From NCBI GenBank assembly GCA_964016885.1, contig OZ024753.1:930001-994000 (forward strand): DNA of 64,000 nt. The letters run 5' to 3'. The stretch's first letter is position 1, and every line of letters starts with the position of its first letter. Shown here piece after piece: positions 26,794 through 40,765 of this stretch. The DNA comes from Eledone cirrhosa. Its lineage: Eukaryota. The notes under the pieces were generated by a model. It saw nothing but the letters and a program-made list of their open reading frames with translations, was not told the origin of the DNA and made no database searches. Position numbers and translations under genes: made by a program.

Positions 26794-29700
26794 GTATTTA
26801 TGTTTGGGGTTGTTGTTTCTTTTTTTTTTTTTTTTTTTTGGTTTGTTTGTGTGCGAACAGAATAGGTAGAGCGTTGGACACCATGCTTCGTAGCAGAGTG
26901 TTACGGTCCTTTACGTTCTGAGTTCAAACCCCGCCCCAACCGAGGTTAACTTTGCCTTTCATCCTTACGGGGTCGATAAAATAAAGTACCAGTAATGTAC
27001 TGGGTCAATTTAATAGACTTTTCCCCTCTCTTCAAAATTGCTGGCCTTGTGCCTGAATCAAAAACCATTATCATCATCAACATCGTCGTCCATATCATTT
27101 AACATCTATTTTCCATGTTGGCATGTGATAGATGGTTTGTCATGTTATTAGAGGTGTCGAATTGAACGTCAAATAGAATGAGTTGCGGTATTCATTTTGG
27201 CTCTCTGCTCTCCGAGTTCAAATCCCACCGAGGTCGACTTTGCCTTTCATCCATTCATAGTCGATAAAAAAGTACCAGTCAAGTACTGGGGGTTCAATTC
27301 TTCCTCTCTATCTCTTTCTCACTTCCTTTCTCTCACTCTCTCTCTATCCTTCTCTGGAAGGAATCTGCTGTATTCAGACCTGGAGAGCAGGTGGGCTCTG
27401 CCAGGTTTTTTAAAAAAATGCTCTAGAAACGCTGTATGTCAATATGGCGCCTACGACTCCTCGGGAGTTACAGGTCCATACCATACATGTTATTAACCAG
27501 GACAGATCAGGTAACCCTGTCTTGCTCATACGGACCTGTTAGGGGTTTGGTTTCCATGGATGGATGCTCTACATTACGCCAACCACATTATACCTAGTAG
27601 GTGGGTCTTCTGCAGTACACATGTGGAGGTGGGTCTTCTGCAGTACACATGTGGAGGTGGGTCTTCTGCAGTACACATGTGGAGGTGGGTCTTCTACAGT
27701 ACACATGGGGGAGGTGGGTCTTCTGCAGTACACATGGGGAGGTGGGTCTTCTACAGTACACATGGGTAGGTGGGTCTTCTGCAGTACACATGTGGAGGTG
27801 GGTCTTCTGCAGTACACATGTGGAGGTGGGTCTTCTGCAGTACACATGGGGAGGTGGGTCTTCTACAGTACACATGGGTAGGTGGCTCTTCTGCAGTACA
27901 CATGTGGAGGTGGGTCTTCTACAGTACACATGGGGGAGGTGGGTCTTCTGCAGTACACATGGGGAGGTGGGTCTTCTACAGTACACATGGGTAGGTGGGT
28001 CTTCTACAGTACACATGGGGGAGGTGGGTCTTCTGCAGTACACATGGGGAGGTGGGTCTTCTACAGTACACATGGGGAGGTGGGTCTTCTGCAGTACACA
28101 TGTGGAGGTGGGTCTTCTGCAGTACACATGTGGAGATGGGTCTTCTGCAGTACACATGTGGAGGTGGGTCTTCTGCAGTACACATGGGGGAGGTGGGTCT
28201 TCTACAGTACACATGGGGAGGTGGGTCTTCTGCAGTACACATGGGTAGGTGGGTCTTCTGCAGTACACATGGGGGAGGTGGGTCTTCTACAGTACACATG
28301 TGGAGGTGGGTCTTCTGCAGTACACATGTGGAGGTGGGTCTTCTGCAGTACACATGTGGAGGTGGGTCTTCTACAGTACACATGGGGAGGTGGGTCTTCT
28401 ACAGTACACATGGGGAGGTGGGTCTTCTGCAGTATACATGTGGAGGTGGGTCTTCTACAGTACACATGTGGAGGTGGGTCTTCTGCAGTACACATGGGGA
28501 GGTGGGTCTTCTGCAGTACACATGTGGAGGTGGGTCTTCTGCAGTACACATGTGGAGGTGGGTCTTCTGCAGTACACATGTGGAGGTGGGTCTTCTGCAG
28601 TATACATGTGGAGGTGGGTCTTCTACAGTACACATGTGGAGGTGGGTCTTCTGCAGTACACATGGGGAGGTGGGTCTTCTGCAGTACACATGTGGAGGTG
28701 GGTCTTCTGCAGTACACATGTGGAGGTGGGTCTTCTGCAGTACACATGTGGAGGTGGGTCTTCTGCAGTATACATGTGGAGGTGGGTCTTCTACAGTACA
28801 CATGTGGAGGTGGGTCTTCTGCAGTACACATGGGGAGGTGGGTCTTCTACAGTACACATGTGGAGGTGGGTCTTCTGCAGTACACATGGGGGAGGTGGGT
28901 CTTCTGCAGTACACATGGGGAGGTGGGTCTTCTGCAGTACACATGGGGGAGGTGGGTCTTCTACAGTACACATGTGGAGGTGGGTCTTCTGCAGTACACA
29001 TGTGGAGGTGGGTCTTCTGCAGTACACATGGGGAGGTGGGTCTTCTACAGTACACATGTGGAGGTGGGTCTTCTGCAGTACACATGTGGAGGTGGGTCTT
29101 CTACAGTACACATGGGGAGGTGGGTCTTCTGCAGTATACATGTGGAGGTGGGTCTTCTACAGTACACATGTGGAGGTGGGTCTTCTGCAGTACACATGGG
29201 GAGGTGGGTCTTCTGCAGTACACATGGGGGAGGTGGGTCTTCTACAGTACACATGTGGAGGTGGGTCTTCTGCAGTACACATGTGGAGGTGGGTCTTCTA
29301 CAGTACACATGGGGAGGTGGGTCTTCTGCAGTACACATGGGGAGGTGGGTCTTCTGCAGTACACATGTGGAGATGGGTCTTCTACAGTACACATGGGGAG
29401 GTGGGTCTTCTGCAGTACACATGGGGGAGGTGGGTCTTCTACAGTACACATGTGGAGGTGGGTCTTCTGCAGTACACATGTGGAGGTGGGTCTTCTACAG
29501 TACACATGGGGAGGTGGGTCTTCTGCAGTACACATGGGGAGGTGGGTCTTCTGCAGTACACATGTGGAGATGGGTCTTCTACAGTACACATGGGGAGGTG
29601 GGTCTTCTGCAGTACACATGTGGAGATGGGTCTTCTACAGTACACATGGGGAGGTGGGTCTTCTGCAGTACACATGTGGAGGTGGGTCTTCTGCAGTACA

Positions 29701-30743
29701 CATGGGGGAGGTGGGTCTTCTGCAGTACACATGGGGAGGTGGGTCTTCTACAGTACACATGGGGAGGTGGGTCTTCTGCAGTATACATGTGGAGGTGGGT
29801 CTTCTGCAGTACACATGGGGAGATGGGTCTTCTGCAGTACACATGGGGAGGTGGGTCTTCTGCAATACACATGGGGAGGTGGGTCTTCTGCAGTACACAT
29901 GGGGGAGGTGGGTCTTCTGCAATACAACATATTGCCAGAGAACTCAATCTTGTGTCACCTCCTTTGTGAGGTTTAATTGTGCAAGGTCAGCTTTTATCAT
30001 TTCATCCCATTCTCTCCTAGGTCTTCCCCTTCCATAGTTTCCTTCAGCTTCAAGTGCCCTGCAACTTTTTACACAGCTCTCCACACACATCACATGTCCA
30101 AACCACCTCAATCTCCTCTCATCTGATCCCTCCTATGCCCAGTTTCTCTCTCAGTTTATTTACCCTTCATTGTTCATGTATACTACTATTCCACACCCAT
30201 TGAAACAGCAAGCTTCATTTCTTTCCAATTTTCGCAGGTCCTGTGCACACAGCGCCCAGGTCTCACGACCATGCATTATTCCTGCTCATATACATGTATC
30301 ATACAATCTGCCCTTCATTTTGAAGGAGAAGCCTTTCGCAGCTAACAGCGGTAGTAGCTCCCTGAACTTCCTCCATCCCGTTCTCACTCTGGCTACTATA
30401 CTTGAAGACAGCCACCTCCACTGCTAATTAGGTCACCAAGGTAACAGAAGCTGTCTACTGATTCTACGGAATCTTCCAAGAATTTGATAGCACTTGTTTC
30501 TTGTGACTGATTGCTTGCTTACTGCCACTACATCTCGTATGTATACATAGTTTGCATTTAGGGCAGAGGATGGAATTTCTACCCATCCCTTTCCTACGCA
30601 CTGAGCAGGGCCATTTCCCTAAAGATGTCTGGGTTTATTTTTCTTTCTAATTACTAGGACTGTAGTCTTTATATGTATATTTTATATGTATATATATATA
30701 GAGAGAGAAAGATGTAGTGGGATAGCAGGCAAACTAAATAAAT

Positions 30744-30774
<31 letters not shown>

Positions 30775-31205
30775 AACATATATACTCATTTTACAGATCT
30801 TCATCAACAATGAATATGTGAATTCAGTCAGTGGCAAAACCTTTCCAACTCTGAACCCCTGCTTTGGAGAAACTATATGTGAAGTCCAGGAGGGTGACAA
30901 GGTATGAATATTTTAATTTACTCGTTTGTTACCACATTTCTAATGGAATAAACTGACAATATACCAATCAAGTGAAGTAGAGGGAAAGGGATCATATCTC
31001 TGCCTCCTTGCTACACAATGTTTTGTCTAGTTGTGATGTTAAAACTCTATATTTTTCTTTGTATGTGTTTGTGTATATGTATTGTATATATGTGTATTTC
31101 TTTGTAAAAGTGTTTGCCTGTGTAGGGGGGGTGTATTTGCATGTGTCTGTTTGCAGAAATCTGGCAGCCATCACCATCATCTTCAACAACAGCAAACTAT
31201 GTGTG

Positions 31206-31243
<38 letters not shown>

Positions 31244-32119
31244 AAAGTTCTATTTAAATTGTTGGGATACAACAAGCAAATATTTTTATAACTGATATAA
31301 AGCACTCAACAAATATTTGGAGTAAAAATACGATATATTAATAAATGGAAACTATATTTATAAAACCACATTTATTTCATTATACATATTTCAAGGACAC
31401 CAAGTTAAATTATGGTGTGCTTTCATCAGATAAAATATAATATAGAACAGTTTTATAAATAAATATTGACATACCCTAAAAGAATGCAACCATTACTGTT
31501 GGAAGCTCCCCGATAACAGCACTGTTAATTATTAATATATATGTCTGTTCTTTATTTTCGTTTTATCATGCAATGGCCATACTCGATAACGAGGGGACAG
31601 CCAGCATGTGTGTTTATATATATGCATATGTGCGTATATATATGTATATATATATATACTTGTGTGTGTATATATGTATGTATGTATATATATATGTATA
31701 TATATGTGTGTGTGTATATATATAATGTATAAGATCTTGGAAGAGTTAGCACCAAATTTTGGCATTGAAGGCAGGACCAGCCCACGAACAGGACGTCAGT
31801 GTGTGGTGCCAGAAGTCTCATCCGTCGCATTGAGAATAAAGACCACATACTGCAATAGCCTGGGGTTCAAGGGACTCCAGCTTTTTGATCTACATGGTGT
31901 ACATGACATGTTTTCAAGAGACACCTCAACATTCTAATGACTAAGACCCCAGATTAACCCACAGCATGAGGCGAAGCACGAATAAGAGCAGCAGCAACAA
32001 ACTCCCTTTTGCATCAGTAGCCAACCAGGAAAGGCTGGCTATAGAAAATGTAACATTAGTGACGATGCCCCATCATGGCCTCAGCCCCTCAGCTGGAACA
32101 CAAATAAATAAATAAATAA

Positions 32120-32165
<46 letters not shown>

Positions 32166-35100
32166 CATTTTAACATCTACTGGAAGCAAGGGTTGGACGG
32201 GTCTACATAAACAAAGTTAGTCCTGAAGCAGGACTACTGACCTCATAGTTGTGTTAGGGGGTCAGTTATCTTGCTTACAAACGGTTTCACAGTCTACCAA
32301 GTACACAGGTGAGGCTGTCATGTGCTTGACACAACTGAAAGGTCCTCCCAACTCTTTGTTTGGCAAACTTTCTGTTTATTCTTTTATATTTCAGGCTGAT
32401 GTAGATAAAGCTGTAGCAGCTGCTAAAGCTGCCTTCAAGAGAGGCTCAGAATGGCGTTGTATGGATGCTAGTAAAAGGGGAAGGTTTCTCAACAAGCTAG
32501 CTGATGTGATTGAAAAAGACATAGGATATTTGGCAGTAAGTTGAACAAATTCAAATATCTATTTTTGCTAACAATAGAAAACTGACTTGTCATGTAAAAT
32601 AAGCCATCTACGGTGTCTTGCTCATTGGTGCATCCTTAGATAGTTCTAGTAACATACCAGTTTTTTTATAAGAAGTGTTTGTTTACCCCTTCTCCATTTT
32701 TAGACAAAGGGGCACAATATATTGTTCTCCACAGTCCTTTTTTTTTTTTTTTTGGCACAACAGTCAATTGACATGGAGAAAATCAGATTAACTGACACCA
32801 ATATGTGACTGGTATTTTATTTATTGACTCTGCAAGAATAAAAAGTGAAGTTGACCACAGTAAGGTTTGAACTCATAGTACAGAGAACTAGAAGAAATAC
32901 TGAAAGGTATTCTATGACTCAGCCAATTTGCTGCTTTTGTAAAATAGGCACCATGGGGGAAAAAAAGCCTTCATGTAGTCACTCAACATGTTAAAACCAG
33001 CAACGACAATCCTCTTCTCTTTTTTCTGTATTCCTGTTTATTATTATAATAAATAATTTAAGTATATCATCAAAAAGGTAAGAAACATTAGTTAATATAA
33101 TCTTTGATACCCCTAAAATATAAGGATGGGCAACCTGAAACCTTGTTGATAATAAAATAACTATTGATTTGTCTCTCTATTTTGTTTTATTTTAGAGTCT
33201 GGAAACCTTTGATAATGGTAAACCTTTCACATCAAGTGTGTTAGACATTGGATTCAGCTTAAATGTACTGAGGTATTATGCTGGCTGGGCTGACAAGATT
33301 GAAGGAAAAACAATTCCAGTGGGTTAGTTAATAACTGTTTCTACTTTTGGCACAAGGCCAGCAATTACCCAGTACATTACCGGTACTTTATTTTATTGAC
33401 CCCGTAAGGATGAAAGGCAAAGTTAACCTCGGCGGTTAAGTTAATAACTTTGTTGTACGAGAGTCTGTGCAGCATGGCTTGGTGGTTAAGGAGTTTACAA
33501 CCATGGAATGGGAAGAATGGTCATGCCATCTGGCCTTTTGCTGCCCCCTTGTCCAGCCTCCCTCGTTTCAAGCCAGGAGGGGCAGCCTGCAGCACTCAAG
33601 CCATGTTTTATGACCTCGTTGAAAGCAGCATGATGTGATCATATAGAACCTCCTGCATTAGCTCATATCAATGAACCAATAATTAGAGAACTTTTACATG
33701 GTCAGCTGACTTGCTAGAAATAGTAACCAAATCTCCCCCAAATACCACCTTACATGTACCATTGATATTTCCAGATGGTGACTTCTTCTGCTACACCAGA
33801 CATGAACCTATTGGAATATGTGGACAGATTATTCCAGTAAGAAGAATTATTTCTAGTAACACACACACACACACACAGACACAGAGAGAGAGAAAAAAAA
33901 GCTGGATATGATAGTGAAAAATATTAAAAGTATATATTTTACTGTATTTTGACGTCTTCCATTAAATCTAAACATTACACTAACACTAATAGACATTACA
34001 TTAACACTAATAGACATTACATTAACACTAATAGATATTACACTAACACTAATAGACATTACATTAACACTAATGAACTAAACCTTTTGTGTTGTTTTCT
34101 CTACAGTGGAACTTTCCTATCCTCATGTTCATCATGAAGATAGCCCCTGCTTTGGCTTGTGGTAATGTCTGTGTTGTGAAACCTGCTGAACAAACTCCCC
34201 TCACAGCCTTATATATGGGTAAACTATTAATGGAGGTAATTAGTTTGTAATTTTCACTTTATATTACTAATAACCATGTAAACTCTTATATATATTTCAT
34301 ATCCCACATGTGCCTGTATGTATATATATATATATATATATATGTATATGTATATATTTTTTATAAAAAAATAAGACTCCAGTTGCATTTTCGATTTCAT
34401 CTCTTTTTCTTTATACTTTCACTCGTGTAGGACACCTCGGTTATTTTTCATTTTGTAAAAAAAACCTCACTTTCTAATATATATATGTATCTATATATAT
34501 ATATGTATGGGGACATATGTTGTCTGAATGGTTAAGGAATTCATCTGCTACATGTAGGACTGAGTATGCCATGGCTGATGATGCACAAACATGTGCTGAG
34601 ACTGAACAGGTGAATAACTTGTACGGTGGGCGCAATTGAAGGGGCTGAAGACAAACAATTTCCTTTTAGGTGAGTCCCTCAACTTCTTCAAGTTTCACTC
34701 AAAGAGGAAAATCAGGGTGGAGAGGGAAGTGTTGTCTTCCAACCATTTTGTTGAAATCTGGATGAAAGTGGCAAGCATGTTTCAAATGAATGGACCTGCC
34801 CTGAGTATACACCTGTAAATTAGAACTGAAGAACTGAGAGAAGGTACTTGTCCTAGTGGTCAGAGCAGCAGTGGTTTTATGAGGTTTTTCCATGAGTAGT
34901 CCTCAGATATCTCCTCCCTACTAAGAAATACTTATAGTTAAAAACTTATTGTTACCCCTTCCTTGGATTATACTTATATTCATCCTTACGGGGTCGATAA
35001 AATAAAGTACCAGGGATGCACTGGAGTAGATTTAACTAACTTTCCTCTCCTCCCAAAATTGTTGGGCTTGAGTCTAGTGTAGAAATCATTATTATCATTA

Positions 35101-38100
35101 TTTCCATTATTGTTTTTATTGCACATCATTACTGCTCTACCGAACATAGCTCTGTGTGGCTTGGCTATGTGCAGTGTACTTTTTGCTGGTGTTGTTTCTG
35201 TTGTATTGATAGTACTTTTCGTAATATGTGTGCAGTACCTAGTAGTTCTATCTTTTGTATGCTGTACATATTTGTAAGTCCTGGGGTTTTGACTATGTAT
35301 TTGTCTGTGTGTTTTTATCATTCTTAGAGCACCTATTATTATTATTATTATTTTGTTGAAAGATGGGTGAGAGAGGCAAGAATGGCTCGAGTGAATGGGC
35401 CTACTCTCAGTATGTGTCTGTAAATTAAAGGTGGAAAACTGGGAGAGGGCACTTGCCCTGGTGGTCAGGGACACTGTGGCTTTTTAATGGGCTTTCTCTA
35501 CAAATGTCCCTCGGAAGTCTCCCCCCTATTGGGGAATTTTTCTTTGTTATTTTATTACATCCTCTGTTTTTTTTACACGCAGAAATGCCCATTTGTACCG
35601 TCCTGTATTGTCCTGTACCGTCCTTAATGTCTACTTTATGCAAACCCTTGTGGTTAATAAAGAAAACATTATTATTATTATTATTATTATTATTATAGGC
35701 AGGTTTACCACCTGGAGTTGTTAACATTGTACCAGGCTATGGGTCCACAGCTGGGTCAGCAATAAGCAACCACCTTGAAATTAACAAAGTAGCATTCACT
35801 GGTTCAACAGAGGTAAGTAGAATGTTACTAAGACACTAAATTGTACTAAAGTGAATTTCTTTAGATTTATATTAACTTCAATAATCTCCTTTACTGATTT
35901 ATAATAGTGACAATGATAAATTTCCCAGGGGTGTTTTTTGTGTGAAGAATATATAAGTAAATGCCACTAATATATGTAATGTAGTTAGCTAAAATTAGTT
36001 TTTAATCAGTTGAAATTACACTCATAATGAAATAAAGATATGTAGCGTAAGGTAGAGCAGCCTTTAATTTTGTTTTTTATAGACAGTAGGATGTGATTTG
36101 AAAGAGATGTCATTGTTGTTTCTTGCAGGTCAAGTATTTGAGCTTGTGTGTTCTGAATTCAAGCCCTAACAGGCTCAACTTTTCATCCCTCCAGGATTGA
36201 TAAATAAGGTACCAGTCTATGGCAATAGAGCCCCAGACAGGATGTTGTTCATTATTTATTCTGACTCTGAATTGGCAGTATCGGTAGAGGGTTGGACGCC
36301 ATGCTTTCTAGCATAGTTACGTCCCTTTACGGTCTGAGTTCAAATCCCGCCAAGGTTAACTTTGCCTTTCATCCTTACGGGGGTCGATAAAATAAAGTAC
36401 CAGTAATGTACTGGGTATTTGTTGGCCTTGTGCCTAAAGTAGAAACAATTATTTATTCAGACTCTTCAGTTATCAAGCCAATTTAACATCACCACCACCT
36501 GGTCATTCAGTGGTTTTAGGGGAGTCCACCTTTTTGTAAACATTTGGTTTTAAGTCTCTTGTTTGAGGATAGAATTATTAGGAGCAGATTGATATTGTTA
36601 AAAGGTGACTATGAATCTTGGAAGCTCTGAAAAATGTCATAGGCGCCTTTTAACAATAACAATCTGTTCCCAAGAACTGCTTCAAGCATTACCTAATGCC
36701 ACAAAGCCTCTAAATATTTTTGAAATCCTCTTCTAGGTTGGTCAAATAGTTATGCAAGCTGCTGGAGGTTCCAATTTAAAACGGTGTTCTCTAGAACTTG
36801 GTGGCAAGAGTCCATGTGTTATTTTTGCAGATGCTGACCGTAAGTTCACAATTTTAGGCATTCAGAAGTAATAAAAAAATATTGAAACTAAATATTTTAT
36901 TTCTGATTATTATAAACTGAATTATTCATATTAGTGTTCTCTTTTTAGTTATTATAGTCACAATATTTCAGTTGTCCGACCCTCTGGCCATCTTCAGAAA
37001 TATTATCATTATTATACACTGATGTAAGAAGCCGGTGGATTGGCAGAATCTGTAGAGCGTTGGAAAACATGCTTCGGAGCATAGAGTTATGGCCCTTTAC
37101 GTTCTGAGTTCATATCCCGCTGGGGTCGATTTAATTGACTTTCCCCTCCCCTTCAAAATGCTGGCCTTGTGCCTAAAGTAGAAACAATTATTATACACTG
37201 AGTATTTAGATTAGTATCTTGGCTATTATAGTCACAACATTTCAGCTGTGGTACAGTACTATACACTAATATATTTAGATAGGACAGACATCTTGGTTGA
37301 TATAGTTATAACTTTTCAGCCATTGTGCCCTCAGATATTCCTTTTTCTGGTATTTGCTGTATTCAGTAACTCCCAAGTATGGACAACAGAATGAAAGCAA
37401 TCTAACCTTGTGGTTTGAATAAAGATTTCAGGTTGAAATTCTGAGAACATTATCAAACAGAAATACATAATAAAGATCTGAGGTTACTATGACCAAAACA
37501 TTGTAACAATAACCACCTAGATAAAAAAGAAATCATCATCATTGTCATTCAGTGTCTGCTTTCCTTGCTAGCAAAGCTTAGACAGGTAATCAACTGACTG
37601 GGTCAGTACTTAAGCCAGGCTACTGACCCCATGGAAGGACCAGGGGGCCTGCATAGTATAATAATGTTTTCTCAAACTGCCATCTTAGCTATTTTAGTTT
37701 TTAGTTGTATGATATAGATTTCTACACATGAAACAGAACAGCCATTACTGCATTTGACTGTAAATAACTAATATAACCACATGTGACTCTGATGTTGAAA
37801 AACCTGAAACTTATAATGATTCCAGGTTACATTAGGTGTCCCAGCTCAAACAGGAATCTTACACATCATTATCATCACCATTTTACATCTGCTTTTCATC
37901 ACAATTTTACATCTGCTTTTAGGTTTGATGGGTTTTTCCAACCCATCATTTCTCCACTTGTTTTAGTCCTTCGTCCTTTCTTCCATGAGCTTCAGCAATC
38001 TGTGATTAGTTCTTACAACCTCTGCCCAGGTCTTCTTTAGTCTTCTGTTGCAGCTTCCTTCTACTAGAATTTCTTGGCACTTCTTCACCCTCAATAAAAT

Positions 38101-38581
38101 TGGTATCTAAGTACTAAAATCAATTACTTCAACAATACCTTAGAGATTTTCCATCTCCATAAATTCATATTAAATTAATCTTATGTTTCTCATTTTTCAG
38201 TCGATTATGCTGTACCAGTAGCTCATGAAGCTGCTATGATCAGTATGGGTCAGTGTTGTTTTGCTGGTAGTCGTACGTTTGTCCACGATTCCATTTATGA
38301 TGAATTTGTTGCAAAGAGTGTTGAGCTGGCCAAAAAACGGTGTGTGGGTGATCCCTTTGATAGCCAGACCATAAATGGACCACAAGTAAGTATCTATCCT
38401 GTTATTGCAATATGTTCCTATTTTTTATCTTCTTCTCTAATTATATATCTTTCTAGCTCTCTATTTATCTATCTTTCCACCAGGCCAGATGTAAAGTGTA
38501 GGCCACAAGGCTGGTAAATTTTCATACACATTTACAGTCTCATTTACTTCGATTCCATATCTATACAGAGATAACTTTATC

Positions 38582-38620
<39 letters not shown>

Positions 38621-40732
38621 AATAATTGCTGATGTTACTTAGATCGTTTATTCATAATAATTATTTCAATGGTTCCCTTATGCAATCCATGATGTAATTT
38701 ATGAATTTGTTGTTGTTATGAGAATGGTATCTTCGCATGAAAATCCGATTTTGTGATATGTCACGGGCAAAAAACACGTCCTTCTCGTGTCTCGCTAATA
38801 CACGCGCGCGCGCGTACCTATCTATCTATATATGTATGTATATATATATATATAGGGGCGATGGAAGTACTTTTGAATTTGGGGTGGGGGGTAAATCAGG
38901 TGAATTTAGTTGTGATTAGTTTAGCTCTTTGCACTCTGAAATAATCAGAAAATGCAATTTGAGTCCAAGCAGGTCATATTTACATTTACAGCTTTCGATA
39001 ATTATAAAGTGATTATAGCAAAATGATCTATGAAATCTGTCTCTGAATACACATACTAGCAATTGGCAGATAGTGATATGTGGAGAAAAAGTTATGACAA
39101 AACAAAAATATTTACTATGAAGGTTAGCGTAATATTTTACACTGTTATATCAAATATCAACCAAGATATAAAATACTTCGATATGCGATAAACATAACAT
39201 GTACATAAATTGTAGCACATATACAAATAGATGTGTGTTTTGGTAGTTTGGGGAGAAAAATATAATTATTGGGGAGGCCATCCCTGGATATGCAAAATAA
39301 GTAAAGTGAACGACGAAGTTCGGATAAACTGAGAAAAAGCTGGTCATTAGAAAAGAAATGCGTGTGTGCAGACGTTCATAAAAACCTAGTCAGGGGAGGT
39401 ATCCATGTTGTATGTTTGGGTGTGTGTACGGGGTGTGACAGTATATGCGCGCGTGCGCATTGACGTTTTTCAAAGGGAGGTAACCATGTTGTATGTATGG
39501 GTGTGTGTACGGTGTGTGACAGTATATGCGCGCGTGCGCGTTAACGTTTTTCAAAGGGAGGTAACCATGTTGTATGTTTGGGTGTGTGTACGGTGTGTGA
39601 CAGTATATGCGCGCGTGCGCGTTGACGTTTTTCAAAGGGAGGTAACCATGTTGTATGTTTGGGTGTGTGTACGGTGTGTGACAGTATATGCGCGCGTGCG
39701 TACTGAAATTTTTCAAGGGGAGGTAACCATGTTGTATGTATGGGTGTGTGTACGGTGTGTGACAGTATATGCGCGCGTGCGTACTGAAATTTTTCAAGGG
39801 AGGTAACCATGTATGTTTGGGTGTGTGTACGGTGTGTGACAGTCTATGTGCGTATGTGGGTTGGGGTTTTCTAGTTGTTGCCTCAGGCAGACCAAAACTA
39901 TTCACTGTTCACCAAATCCATTAAAAGAGTTTTGGTGTGTCTCCATCTTCAGGTTATCTCAGTGACAACTTCCTAACCCACACAGCCACGTTAAAATATA
40001 TATATATAGGTTTATTAATAAATATATATTTATTAATCGTGGATTTTTTATTTTATTTTGTAAGGATTACAATATATTAAAACGTGATTAAAAATATCAA
40101 TAAATATATATTAATAAACCTACATATATTTTAACGTGGCTGTGTGGTTAGGAAGTTGTCACTGAGATAACCTGAAGATCGATACACAGTGTATATATTA
40201 TTCAAAATAATTAATAATCTATTGCAGAAGAAGCTCTCTACCATCTGTGAGATAATTATTAATTATTTTGAATAATATTAATAACTCCAGAAAACTTTAC
40301 AGTAGAGTGCTTTTAATCTATTGTAAAACTATATTCATTGAGTAATCAATGAACCATATTAATCTTTGGTTAAATATATATATATTTTATAGAAGGAGCT
40401 TCTACAGGACTAGTACTGTTTCATTCAGATGAAATCTTCAGGAAACAATCTTCATCTGAATGAAACAGTACTAGTCCTGTAGAAGCTCCTTCTATAAAAT
40501 AAAAATATTTTACTCTGCCATGTATTGAGTACCTTAATATATATATATATATGTTTTTGGTATGTATATTTAATTTTGATAGTTTGTATAATTTTGTATA
40601 ATTTTGTACATAGATCTGTTGAATATGCATGCCAATTCTAACACATATATATCCTAGAAACGATCGTTAAATAATGAACTTTTTTTGTTTAATATAAGGA
40701 ACTGTTTCATTGTTTTATTCATTATTTTTTTA

Positions 40733-40765
<33 letters not shown>

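Noticed and set aside
27598-29925. CRISPR-like array of 28-bp repeats
   Set aside because: No unique spacers, no cas genes, and a eukaryotic intron context.
27564-30037. 575-695 aa repetitive ORFs ([18 protein letters not shown]...)
   Set aside because: The same peptide cycles through all three frames of a 28-bp minisatellite inside ALDH intron 1.
39390-39905. Repetitive ORFs ([13 protein letters not shown]...), also 56339-56943
   Set aside because: Translations of the 70-bp minisatellite.
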